Below are positions 19,007-27,570 of a DNA stretch of 64,000 nt, in pieces. The notes beneath the pieces were generated by a model, which was not told the DNA's origin, made no database searches, and was given only the letters and a program-made list of their open reading frames with translations. The number at the start of each line of letters is the position of its first letter. The first letter of the stretch is position 1. Made by a program: the position numbers and the translations under genes. Source of the DNA: Candidatus Limnocylindria bacterium (GTDB lineage: Bacteria; Chloroflexota; Limnocylindria; P2-11E); the NCBI GenBank assembly GCA_036000705.1, contig DASYUY010000031.1:394-64393 (forward strand), given 5' to 3'.

Positions 19007-19638
19007 CCGCCCGCCGAGGTCGCGGCGGACGCGAGCACGGCCACGCCGTTCACGATCGCGTGGAGCGCGACGCACGGGTACAGGCTTCCCGAGCGGCTCC
19101 GCAGGTAACCGAGACCGAGACCGGTGACGAGCACCCACGGCAGATCGATGACCGCGCCGTGGGCGAGCGCGAACGCGATGCCGCTGCCGACGATGGCGAC
19201 GCGCTGCCCGTGGGCCTCCAGCAGACGGAATCCCAACCCACGACAGGCCGCCTCCTCGACCAGCGGGACGAACAACGCGATGGCGATCGCGTTGGCGATG
19301 AAGGCGTCGGCGCGCGTCGGATCCCAGAACTGCGGCACGGCCTGCTCGCGCGAGCCGTGGCCGAGCGCGATCTCCTCGAGAAAGGAGACGGCGTACGTCG
19401 CGGCGAGCGCGCCACCCGCGATCCGCCACGACGCCGGCCACGACGGTGGACGGCGCAGCGCGAACGTCTCGCGAAGCGGCAGGCCGCGAGCGATCAGGAC
19501 GAGCAGGACCAGGACCAGGCCGTCGAACGCGAAGGTGAAGATCGCGGTCGACCAGCGGAAGAAGAAGTCACGCACGGCGGCATCGCCACCCGCGAAGCGT
19601 GCGGCATAGCTGAGGGCCGCGATCGCGGTCATCAACAC
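19003..19638 (-). CDS. CPBP (CAAX/Abi) family intramembrane glutamic endopeptidase
   Basis: 'VPLVEEAACRGLGF' (EExxxR), 'FALAHG', 'ALHAIVNG'. Confidence 0.75.
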   Translation of the reverse strand: MLMTAIAALSYAARFAGGDAAVRDFFFRWSTAIFTFAFDGLVLVLLVLIARGLPLRETFALRRPPSWPASWRIAGGALAATYAVSFLEEIALGHGSREQAVPQFWDPTRADAFIANAIAIALFVPLVEEAACRGLGFRLLEAHGQRVAIVGSGIAFALAHGAVIDLPWVLVTGLGLGYLRSRSGSLYPCVALHAIVNGVAVLASAATSAGG

Positions 19639-19676
19639 GATCCACGCGGCGAGCCGCCGGCCGTCGCGGGGCGCGT

Positions 19677-20831
19677 TCAGGCGGTCGCGGCCATCGCGCG
19701 GAGCGGCGCGAGCAGCTCCAGCGCGCGATCCATCTCCTCGATGGTGTTGTAGTAATGCGGCGACAGCCGGATGAGGCCGGGACGGCTGTCGCAGATGACG
19801 CCATGCGTGCGCAGAGCCTCGACCGCGCGCTGTGGCTCGGGATGCTCGAGCGTCACGATCGCGGTGCGCTCCGACGCGACGCGCGGGCAGCGCACGGTCC
19901 AGCCCTGCGCGATCGCGCCGTCGACGAGCCGCTGCGACAGGAGCTGGTGACGCTCGCGCACGGTCGCGACGCCGACGTCAGACAGCAAAGCGAGGCCGGC
20001 GCGCGCCGCGTAGATCGCGGCGACGGCGGGTGTCCCGTACTCGAACCGCCGCGCGCCCGTCCCGTACGCAAGATGCTCGACGTCGAACGCGAACGGGTCC
20101 ATCACGCCCCACCACCCGACTGCGCTCGGGCGAGCGCGGTCAGCGATGTCACGCCGCGCGTACAGGAACGCGATGCCCGGACCGCCCATGAGCCACTTGA
20201 GCGTCCCGCCGACAAGGTAGTCCACGCCGGTCGCGTGGACGTCGAACGGGAACGCGCCGATCGACTGGTACGCGTCGACGATGAGGACCGCGCCCTTCCG
20301 ATGACAGATCTCAGCGAGCGCGCGCACGTCCTGGATCCACCCGGTCGTGAAGTACACGTGACCCGTGCACACCGCGCTGGTGCGCTCGTCCACCGCCGTC
20401 TCGAAGAGCTCTACTGGAACGCGGACGCGGTCCGGGCTCCGCACGAACTGGACGCGCGCACCGCGGTCGGCGACGGCGTGGAAGGCGTGACCATCGGTCG
20501 GGAAGTCGAGATCCGCGATCACGACCTTCGGACGCTTCGCGTAGTCGAGCGTGCTCGCGATCCCGACCAGGCCGGCGGACACGTTGGGCTCGATGGCGAC
20601 CTCGTCGCGCGTCGCCCCGAGCACGCCGGCGATGCCGTCGCGCAGCGCCTCGTATTCGCCGATCCAGTGGTCGTACCATGCGCGCCCACCGAGCTCCGTC
20701 CACTCGCGCGTGAAGCGCTCGATCCGCTCGCGACCCGTCCGGTGCAGTGGTGTGAGCGAGCAGTTGTTCAGATAGACCAGCTCGCGCGTGATCGGGAACT
20801 CCTCGCGCCAGCGCCGCTCCTGCTCGTTCAC
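19677..20831 (-). CDS. class-V aminotransferase / cysteine-desulfurase-like PLP enzyme
   Basis: From GTG 20831: 'VYLNNCSLTP' and 'GGTLKWLMGGPGIAF'. The start abuts the stop of the upstream GGT gene. Confidence 0.8.
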   Translation of the reverse strand: MNEQERRWREEFPITRELVYLNNCSLTPLHRTGRERIERFTREWTELGGRAWYDHWIGEYEALRDGIAGVLGATRDEVAIEPNVSAGLVGIASTLDYAKRPKVVIADLDFPTDGHAFHAVADRGARVQFVRSPDRVRVPVELFETAVDERTSAVCTGHVYFTTGWIQDVRALAEICHRKGAVLIVDAYQSIGAFPFDVHATGVDYLVGGTLKWLMGGPGIAFLYARRDIADRARPSAVGWWGVMDPFAFDVEHLAYGTGARRFEYGTPAVAAIYAARAGLALLSDVGVATVRERHQLLSQRLVDGAIAQGWTVRCPRVASERTAIVTLEHPEPQRAVEALRTHGVICDSRPGLIRLSPHYYNTIEEMDRALELLAPLRAMAATA

Positions 20832-20832
20832 G

Positions 20833-22587
20833 TCACCACCCGATCGCGTAGCTCTCGCGACGCGGGTCCGCTCCTCCCTCGAGCGCGCCGGGCTCGAGCC
20901 TGCGGATCGCGCACATGCCGGCGGCGGCGGGCGTGAAGTCCGGTAGGTCGCGGATGACGTGGCCGAGAGACGCCAGGCCATCACGCACGTCGCGCGCGAC
21001 GCGGCCCTCCACCGTGAGCACGCCGGGCTCGTACGCGTGGGGATGGAAGGTCCACGGGAACGACCGCGAGATCACGCGTGGCGCCTCGATCGCGGCCTGC
21101 AGGTTCATCTCGAAGTCGACGACGTTGCAGACGGTCTGCACCATCGCCTGGCACTGCGCATCCTCGCCCGGACAGCCGAAGGGCATGAGCGCGTGGCCAC
21201 CCTGCATCAGTAGGGCGGGGTTCGGGGTGAGCCGCGGTCGCTTGCGCGGCGCGATGGCCGACGGGTGGCCAGGCGTGGTCCACAGCTGGGCGCCGCGGGT
21301 GCTCACGATGATGCCGAGGCCTTCGACGAGGGGCGACCCCAGACCCGGATCGGACGGCGTCGCTGAGAACGCGTTCCCCTCGGCGTCCATCGCGCAGCAG
21401 TACGAGGTGTCCGGCGCGCCGACGCCGCTCGCGACGCGCGGGCGATAGCCGGACGCGCCCGACCGTCCCTCGTATCGCCACGGGTCGCCCGGCGGCGGGA
21501 GCTCGGGCCAGGCCCGATCGTCCCGGATGAGTGCACGGCGCTCCTCGGCGTACGCCTTGTCGAGCATGCCGCGCACCGGCACGTCGACCTGACCGGGGTC
21601 GCCGAAGAACCCCTCACGATCGGCGGCCGCGAGCTTGAAGGACTCGGCGTAGCGGTGCAGGAACGCGAGCGAACCCGGACCCATCGACGCGACGTCGTAG
21701 CCCTCGAGCAGGTTGAGCGTCATCGGCACGAGCGGACCCTGGGACCATGGACCGCACGCGTACACGTCGATGCCGCGGTAGGTCGTGTGCACCGGTGGTG
21801 CGATCGAGACGTGGTACTCGGCGAGATCCTCTTTGCTGACCATGCCGCCGTACCGCGCCTGCGAGGCTGCGATCGTGTCGGCGACGCCGCCGCTGTAGAT
21901 GACGTCGCGCGCGGCCATGATCGCGCCGGCGCGTCCGAGCGCCGAGCGCGAGCGCTCGATCTGCACGAGCAGCCGGAAGAATGCAGCGAGATCCTTTTGC
22001 ACGAGGACCTCTCCCACGCGCGGCGCGCGTCCGTCGGGTAGGAACACCGCCGCGCTCGACGGCCATTGCCGCAGGCGCGCCTCGAGCATCCCGATCGCGC
22101 GCGCGAGGCGCGGGTACACCGGGAAGCCCTCCGCGAGCTCGATGTTCGGCGCAAGGACGTCTTCGAGGGTGAGACGTCCATGCCGCGCGAGCGCCGTCAG
22201 CCACGAATCCGCGGCGGCGGGCGTGACGGAGCGTGCGACCCCGATGGGCATGTCGTCGCCGTGCCGGCGCCGGTAGTCGTCGAGGGTGAACATCGCGGGC
22301 CAGCGACCGAGCCCGTCGATGGTCTCCGGCTCGCCCATGCCCGGCGTGAAGACCATGATCGGAGCGACGCCGCCGAAGTCGGTGAGATGCCGCTCCAGGA
22401 CATTGAGCGCGATCCCGGCGGCGACGCCCGCGTCGATGGCGTTCCCGCCTCGCTCGAACATCTTGGCGCCGGCCTGCGAGGCCAAGTAGTGGCTCGAGCT
22501 GACCATCCAGCGTTTGCCGAGCACGGCCGGCCGACCCTGCGTCACTCCGACCGGTGGCGCGGTGTTCTCGACCGGCATCTCGCGCAT
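20833..22587 (-). CDS. gamma-glutamyltransferase family protein
   Basis: 'DTSYCCAMDAEGNAFSATPSD' (autoprocessing Thr region), 'GGADPRRESYAIGW'. Confidence 0.85.
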   Translation of the reverse strand: MREMPVENTAPPVGVTQGRPAVLGKRWMVSSSHYLASQAGAKMFERGGNAIDAGVAAGIALNVLERHLTDFGGVAPIMVFTPGMGEPETIDGLGRWPAMFTLDDYRRRHGDDMPIGVARSVTPAAADSWLTALARHGRLTLEDVLAPNIELAEGFPVYPRLARAIGMLEARLRQWPSSAAVFLPDGRAPRVGEVLVQKDLAAFFRLLVQIERSRSALGRAGAIMAARDVIYSGGVADTIAASQARYGGMVSKEDLAEYHVSIAPPVHTTYRGIDVYACGPWSQGPLVPMTLNLLEGYDVASMGPGSLAFLHRYAESFKLAAADREGFFGDPGQVDVPVRGMLDKAYAEERRALIRDDRAWPELPPPGDPWRYEGRSGASGYRPRVASGVGAPDTSYCCAMDAEGNAFSATPSDPGLGSPLVEGLGIIVSTRGAQLWTTPGHPSAIAPRKRPRLTPNPALLMQGGHALMPFGCPGEDAQCQAMVQTVCNVVDFEMNLQAAIEAPRVISRSFPWTFHPHAYEPGVLTVEGRVARDVRDGLASLGHVIRDLPDFTPAAAGMCAIRRLEPGALEGGADPRRESYAIGW

Positions 22588-22594
22588 CGTGCGA

Positions 22595-22600
22595 ACGATA
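22595..22600 (-). promoter_or_regulatory. -10-like TATCGT, 7 nt upstream of the GGT ATG
   Basis: TANNNT on the minus strand at leaderless spacing. Confidence 0.3.
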
Positions 22601-22654
22601 CTGCGGCGTGCGCGAAGCAGACGCCGAGCAGATGAGCGCGGCTGGCCGCGCGAT

Positions 22655-22660
22655 TACTGT
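22655..22660 (+). promoter_or_regulatory. -10-like TACTGT, 7 nt upstream of ATG 22668
   Basis: TANNNT at leaderless spacing. Confidence 0.3.
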
Positions 22661-22667
22661 TTCGGCG

Positions 22668-23321
22668 ATGGTCCGGATCATCGCTTGGCGCGTTGCGCCG
22701 TACGACAACGGCTGCTACGTCATCGTGGATGCGCGGAACGAAGCCCTCGTCATCGATCCGTCGATGGGCGAACGCCAGATCATCGACACGGTCCGCGAGA
22801 AGGGTCTGCGCCTCGTCGAGATCCTCAACACCCACGGGCATCCTGACCATATCTTCGGGAACGCCGCGCTGAAGGCGGCTACGAACGCGCGCCTCGCGAT
22901 CCACCGCCTCGACGAATACCGGCTCGGCCCGCGCCGGCCGCCGACGACGTTCGAGATCCCACCCTGCGCGGCCGACGACCTATTCGACGAGGGGCAGCTC
23001 CCGTACCTCGACGACGTCGAGCTGAATGCGCTGCACACGCCGGGGCACACCGAGGGCTCGACCTGCTTCTACCTGCGGCGCGAGGGCGCGCTCTTCTCCG
23101 GCGACCTGCTTTTCAGAGGGAGCGTCGGCCGGACCGACCTGCCCGGTGGCGACGCGTCGCAGATGGCCGACAGCCTGTCGCGCGTCGTCGCAGCTCTGCC
23201 GCCGGAGACGAAGGTGTATCCCGGTCACGGCGAGACGACGACGATCGGCGCCGAGATCTCGTCGCTGCGCGTCCTGCGCGACTCCGGCATCCTGCCCGAG
23301 CTGCGCCTCGCCCAGACCTAG
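22668..23321 (+). CDS. MBL-fold metallo-hydrolase (glyoxalase II-like)
   Basis: 'NTHGHPDHIFGN' (HxHxDH), 'HTPGHTEGS'. Start is chosen at 'MVRIIAW'; the ORF opens at 22554. Confidence 0.8.
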   Translation: MVRIIAWRVAPYDNGCYVIVDARNEALVIDPSMGERQIIDTVREKGLRLVEILNTHGHPDHIFGNAALKAATNARLAIHRLDEYRLGPRRPPTTFEIPPCAADDLFDEGQLPYLDDVELNALHTPGHTEGSTCFYLRREGALFSGDLLFRGSVGRTDLPGGDASQMADSLSRVVAALPPETKVYPGHGETTTIGAEISSLRVLRDSGILPELRLAQT

Positions 23322-24106
23322 TCGGTCACGCCCAGGATGTTCACGCCGTTGTCGGCGTAGATCGTGTCCCCGGTCACGCTGCGTGACATCTCGCTCGCGA
23401 GGAAGACCGCCACGTTGCCGACCTCTTCCTGTGTGATGTTGCGGCGCAGCGGTGCCTTGGCCTCCATGATGTCGCGTGCGGTGGAGATGCCCTTGACCGC
23501 GCTCGCCGAGAGCGTCTTCAGTGGCCCGGCCGAGATCGCGTTGACCCGGATGTTCGACGGTCCCAGGTCCACGGCGAGGTAGCGCACGCAGGTCTCGAGC
23601 GCGGCCTTCGCCACCGCCATGGAGTTGTAGCTCGGCACGACCCGCTCGACCGCGTTGTACGTCAGCGTCATCACGCTCCCGCCGCCGGCCTTCGTGAAGA
23701 GCGGCAGAGCCGCGCGTGAGAGCGACACCAAGGTGTACGCGCTGATCTCGACGGCCGTGAGCACGCCGTCGCGCGAGATCTCGTGGAAACGGCCCTTCAG
23801 GTCCTCGACCGGCGCGTACGCGATCGAATGGACGAGGATGTCGAGCCCCTCCCAGCGACGCTCGACCTCCGACATGAGGGAGGCGACGTCGTCCGGTTTG
23901 GCCGCGTCGCAGAGAAGCACCGGCATGCCGTCGTGCTCCGGCAGGGTCTCGACGAGCCTCGTGACGTTGTCCTTGAAGCGGTCGTTCAGATACGTGAAGG
24001 CCAGGCGCGCGCCCTCGCGCTGGAACGCGGTGGCGATCCCCCACGCGATGCTGCGCTGATTGCCGACGCCCACGATGAGCGCGCGCTTCCCTTCGAGCAG
24101 ACCCAT
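23318..24106 (-). CDS. fabI: enoyl-ACP reductase (NADH)
   Basis: 'GKRALIVGVGNQRSIAWGIA', 'YNSMAVAKAALE', 'IRVNAISAGP'. GGAGG SD upstream. Confidence 0.9.
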   Translation of the reverse strand: MGLLEGKRALIVGVGNQRSIAWGIATAFQREGARLAFTYLNDRFKDNVTRLVETLPEHDGMPVLLCDAAKPDDVASLMSEVERRWEGLDILVHSIAYAPVEDLKGRFHEISRDGVLTAVEISAYTLVSLSRAALPLFTKAGGGSVMTLTYNAVERVVPSYNSMAVAKAALETCVRYLAVDLGPSNIRVNAISAGPLKTLSASAVKGISTARDIMEAKAPLRRNITQEEVGNVAVFLASEMSRSVTGDTIYADNGVNILGVTD

Positions 24107-24254
24107 GCGATCACCTCCGCGTCCCGCGCATCATCCCAGAACCGGACCGCGCCTGCATCGCGATTTGACTACAACGCGCTTGCATCCAACTCCGCGCGCG
24201 TGAGATCCATCAGGTTGATTCGCGGAGCGGCGCGAAGGTGAAGTCGGGGGCGGC

Positions 24255-24497
24255 TTAGTTCCAGCGCCCGCGACGCTCGTCGTCGTCCACGCGGCGACCG
24301 CGCCAGTACTTGAGGTCGCCGCCACCGGGGCGCGGCCGACCGAGATCCTCGGTGACCACGAGGACACCGACGGCGAGGACCGCCGGGATGACCACGCCTA
24401 TCGGCCCGAACGCGAGGCCCCACGTCAGCGTCTGACCGACCGCCCACGCGGCGCAGATCAGGACGAAACGCAGGATCGCGGCTTGTGCGCGCGTCAT
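24255..24497 (-). CDS. small membrane protein
   Basis: 80 aa with 2 predicted TM segments. ATGA overlap with the adenosine deaminase stop codon. Confidence 0.45.
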   Translation of the reverse strand: MTRAQAAILRFVLICAAWAVGQTLTWGLAFGPIGVVIPAVLAVGVLVVTEDLGRPRPGGGDLKYWRGRRVDDDERRGRWN

Positions 24498-25489
24498 ACG
24501 ACAGCCGCACGCTGCACGAACGAAGCCTGTTGCGCCCACTCGCCACACTGCGAGAGCTCTTCCTTCGACACCCATTCGCTGCGAACGGCAAAGCGCAGCT
24601 CGTCGCGCAGGGTCGTCTGCAGCATCTCCGGCCCATCGGTGTTGAAGCTGAAACGGACCTTGTGCTTCTTGAAGATCGCGATGTACTTCCCGAGCTCGTC
24701 GGCGTCTTTCACCACCTGAGTGTGCAGGTTCGAGCTCGGACAGATCTCGAGGAGCACGCCACGTTCGGCCAGCCGCTTGCACAGCGCGGCGTTCTCCGCG
24801 GCGTGGATGCCGTGGCCGACGCGCTCGGGGTCGAGGTGCTGGAGCACCTCGTCGACCGAGTGCCAATCCTCGTCCTCACCGGCATGCACGGTGAGACCCA
24901 GCCCGGCGCGGCGCGCCTTCTTGAACAGCGCCGCGTAGTCGCGGTACTGGAACTCCGCGTGCGCCGGCCCGGCGATGTCGATGCCGACGACACCGCGGTG
25001 GCGGTAGGCGATGGCCTTCTCCACGATGATCTCGTTGAGCGCGTACGTGAAGGTCCGGTCGAGGCAGAAGATGAGTCCGGCGCGGACCGGATACTCGAGA
25101 CGTGCGCGGTCGAGACCGCGGATCGACGCCATGATGATGTGGTCGAGGTCCTGCTCGCCGCCCCGGTTGCGTTTCATCGGGTTGTAGCGGAGCTCGAGCG
25201 TCGTGATGTTCGCCTTTCGGTACGCGCCGCCAACGACCTCGTAGACGGACTCCTCGACCGCGAGAGGACTCGACTGGATCAGCTCGGTCCAGCGATACAG
25301 CGCGAGGAAGTCCTCGAACGACTTGCGCTCTTTCTTGCCGACCGTGATGAGATCGACGAATTCCCAGTAGTCCTTCGTCGGAAGACGGATCCCCTGCTTC
25401 GCCGCGATGCCCCACATCGCCGCGGGATCGACCGAGCCGCCGAGGTGGACGTGTAGCTCGGTGAGCTCGTCGCCGAGTGGATGCGGCAG
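24494..25489 (-). CDS. adenosine deaminase family protein (start upstream of first ATG; CTG 25489 proposed)
   Basis: 'HAGEDEDW', 'HGIHA', 'SFNTDGP'. The metal-binding 'ELHVHLGGS' lies upstream of the track's ATG (25417) but downstream of the in-frame TGA at 25493..25495. Confidence 0.7.
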   Translation of the reverse strand: MPHPLGDELTELHVHLGGSVDPAAMWGIAAKQGIRLPTKDYWEFVDLITVGKKERKSFEDFLALYRWTELIQSSPLAVEESVYEVVGGAYRKANITTLELRYNPMKRNRGGEQDLDHIIMASIRGLDRARLEYPVRAGLIFCLDRTFTYALNEIIVEKAIAYRHRGVVGIDIAGPAHAEFQYRDYAALFKKARRAGLGLTVHAGEDEDWHSVDEVLQHLDPERVGHGIHAAENAALCKRLAERGVLLEICPSSNLHTQVVKDADELGKYIAIFKKHKVRFSFNTDGPEMLQTTLRDELRFAVRSEWVSKEELSQCGEWAQQASFVQRAAVV

Positions 25490-25492
25490 TGC

Positions 25493-25906
25493 TCAGCTTC
25501 CCTGTTCGCGGGTGGGCGGGCGGCGCACCCGGCGTCGGCGTCGGGGCGGCGCCGGTCGGCCTTCGGGGTGCTCGCGCCAGATCACGTGCCCGTCGTCGTC
25601 GGGCGATGCGATGCGCACCAGACGGTCCCAGACCTCGGCGCGCCGCAGCTCTTCCTCGGCGGTCTGGCGAGAGACCTCTCGCTCGAGCATGACGTCGCAG
25701 TCATAGGGCGATCCGATCACGCGCCAACCGTTCTCCGTCAGATGATCGAGGAGCCACGCGATCTCGGTCAGCCGCTTGGGCTGCTCGGCGACATACTCCC
25801 GCAGCCATGTGGAGTACGAGCGCTTGCGCTTGCCCGGCTCTTCGCGGTCCAGCTCGTCACGGACGGTCCCGAAGACGTGGATGAGGATGTACGTCGGACC
25901 GGCCAC
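25493..25906 (-). CDS. hypothetical protein
   Basis: 137-aa GC3-biased ORF with a GTG start. It is in the same frame as the downstream deaminase, separated only by TGA-GCA. Confidence 0.45.
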   Translation of the reverse strand: MAGPTYILIHVFGTVRDELDREEPGKRKRSYSTWLREYVAEQPKRLTEIAWLLDHLTENGWRVIGSPYDCDVMLEREVSRQTAEEELRRAEVWDRLVRIASPDDDGHVIWREHPEGRPAPPRRRRRVRRPPTREQGS

Positions 25907-25921
25907 GGGCGAAGTCTAGGG

Positions 25922-26233
25922 CTAGCCCCGCTCCTCAACGAAGCGGTAGCCACCATCGGAATCCTTCGCGATGACGACGAGCGCGCCGCTCTTGAAGCCT
26001 GCCTGTCCCTTCAGCGCGGGACAGATCAGGTGGTAGTGCTCGTGCTCCGGCGGAACGCAGACGCAGTTCTCTGACTTGATCTCCGCGTCGAAGCGCCGCG
26101 CGCCGATACGCAGCGCGACGCGCTCGCCGGGATTGGGGAACAGCTTCCACGCGTCCTTGGTGATGAGGATCCTGGCCTTGCGGACATCTTCGGAGCTGAG
26201 GCGGTGACGGTAGGTCGATCGAGAAACACTCAT
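25922..26233 (-). CDS. hypothetical small protein, possibly AbrB/B3-like barrel
   Basis: From ATG 26233. 'ARILITKDAWKLFPNPGERVALRIG' resembles swapped-hairpin/pseudobarrel DNA-binding folds (weak). Confidence 0.45.
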   Translation of the reverse strand: MSVSRSTYRHRLSSEDVRKARILITKDAWKLFPNPGERVALRIGARRFDAEIKSENCVCVPPEHEHYHLICPALKGQAGFKSGALVVIAKDSDGGYRFVEERG

Positions 26234-26244
26234 CGGTACGTCTA

Positions 26245-26258
26245 TTTTCGCACGAAAA
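26245..26258. promoter_or_regulatory. AT-rich inverted repeat ttttcg-ca-cgaaaa upstream of the 25922..26233 gene
   Basis: Perfect 6+6 inverted repeat, 12-25 nt upstream of the ATG. A 12-bp palindrome ggccgtacggcc lies at 26276..26287. Confidence 0.35.
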
Positions 26259-26319
26259 CGGTCTGTGCGCGGACCGGCCGTACGGCCCCCCGTTCGGCCC
26301 CATTTTGGGCTCCTTGCCG

Positions 26320-27534
26320 CTAGGCGAACACCGCCGGATCGTCCAAGACCCGCATCAAATGCACGACCGGCAGGTCCGAACCGGCCATGCGGAGCCCGGC
26401 GACGATCTGCAGGATGCATCCGGGATTCGCGCTGACGACGACGTCGGGCCGAGCGGCCAGGATCGCGGCGACCTTCTGGCGCTGCAGCTCCCGCGAGATA
26501 TCGGGCTGCGTCAGGTTGTAGGTCCCGGCGCTGCCGCAGCAACGTTCGGCGTCGGCGATCTCGATGAGCGTCACGCCCTCGATCGCGCGCAGTAGAGCGC
26601 GTGGCTGTCCGCGGATCCGCTGGCCGTGCGCGAGATGGCAGGCGTCCTGGTAGACGACCCGCAACGGACGCGCGACCCGATCCGGCCACGGCCGCGCGAC
26701 CTCCGTCGCGTCGCGCACGCGCCTCGCGAACGCTCGGCCCCGTTCGGTCCAGGCCGGGTCGTCGCGGAGCACTTCGCCGTACGCCTTCAGGTGTGCGCCG
26801 CAGCCCGCGGCGTTCGCGACGATCGGAAGATCGGTCCCCGCGAAGGCGTCGATGTTGAAGCGCGCGAGCTCGCGTGCGTGCTCGCCGTCACCGGCGTGCG
26901 CGTGCAGCGCGCCGCAGCACACCTGCTCGACCGGAGCCGTCACGCGGTGTCCATCGCGCTCGAGGACGCGCACCGTCGCCCGCTCGGTGTCGCCGAATGC
27001 CTCCCGCATCACGCAGCCAGCGAAGAGGCAGACATCGGCGTCCGCGCGCTCGGTGAGCGCGAACGCCGGACCCTCCGCGCGCTGCGCGAGAGCGCTGAGC
27101 CAGGCGAGCCGGCGTGGACCGACACGTCGCACGAGCGACGTGATGCCGCTGCGCACGGCGAGATCGGTGAGCTTCGTCGCGATCGCCAGGCGCCGGCGTC
27201 GAGCGATGACGTTCAGTCCGATGCGCCGCATCGCACGTTCGACGCGACCCTCCGTCCGGCGCTCGGCCAGCACTTCGCGCGCGCCCTCCATGATCCGACC
27301 GAACGGAACGCCCGATGGGCACACGGTCTCGCACGCACGGCACACCAGGCACGCACCCAGGTGTCCGGTCAGCGTGGCCGTGGGCGCCGCGGGTGACGAC
27401 ACCAGTTCGCGGATGAGTTGGATGCGCCCGCGCGGAGAGTCCGCCTCTTCGCCGAGGACACGGTACGTCGGGCAGTCGTTGAGACACAGCCCGCACGAGA
27501 TACACGTGGCGAGATCCTCGGAGCGGACGTGCAT
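26320..27534 (-). CDS. (Fe-S)-binding CCG-domain protein, GlcF-like
   Basis: From 'MHVRSED'. 'CISCGLCLNDCP', 'CLVCRACETVCP', CCG motifs 'VCCGALH' and 'CCGSAGTY'. Confidence 0.8.
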   Translation of the reverse strand: MHVRSEDLATCISCGLCLNDCPTYRVLGEEADSPRGRIQLIRELVSSPAAPTATLTGHLGACLVCRACETVCPSGVPFGRIMEGAREVLAERRTEGRVERAMRRIGLNVIARRRRLAIATKLTDLAVRSGITSLVRRVGPRRLAWLSALAQRAEGPAFALTERADADVCLFAGCVMREAFGDTERATVRVLERDGHRVTAPVEQVCCGALHAHAGDGEHARELARFNIDAFAGTDLPIVANAAGCGAHLKAYGEVLRDDPAWTERGRAFARRVRDATEVARPWPDRVARPLRVVYQDACHLAHGQRIRGQPRALLRAIEGVTLIEIADAERCCGSAGTYNLTQPDISRELQRQKVAAILAARPDVVVSANPGCILQIVAGLRMAGSDLPVVHLMRVLDDPAVFA

Positions 27535-27555
27535 GGAGAGCGACGTGATAGACCG

Positions 27556-27561
27556 TAGGAT
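27556..27561 (+). promoter_or_regulatory. -10-like TAGGAT, 9 nt upstream of ATG 27571
   Basis: TANNNT. Same hexamer as upstream of 47095. Confidence 0.3.
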
Positions 27562-27570
27562 ACGGTCGCG

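Noticed and set aside
25493-25495. TGA between the 137-aa ORF and the adenosine deaminase as selenocysteine.
   Set aside because: There is no adjacent Cys/redox motif, no convincing hairpin within about 40 nt downstream, and no known selenoprotein family of this type. It is kept only as a start-codon/read-through question.
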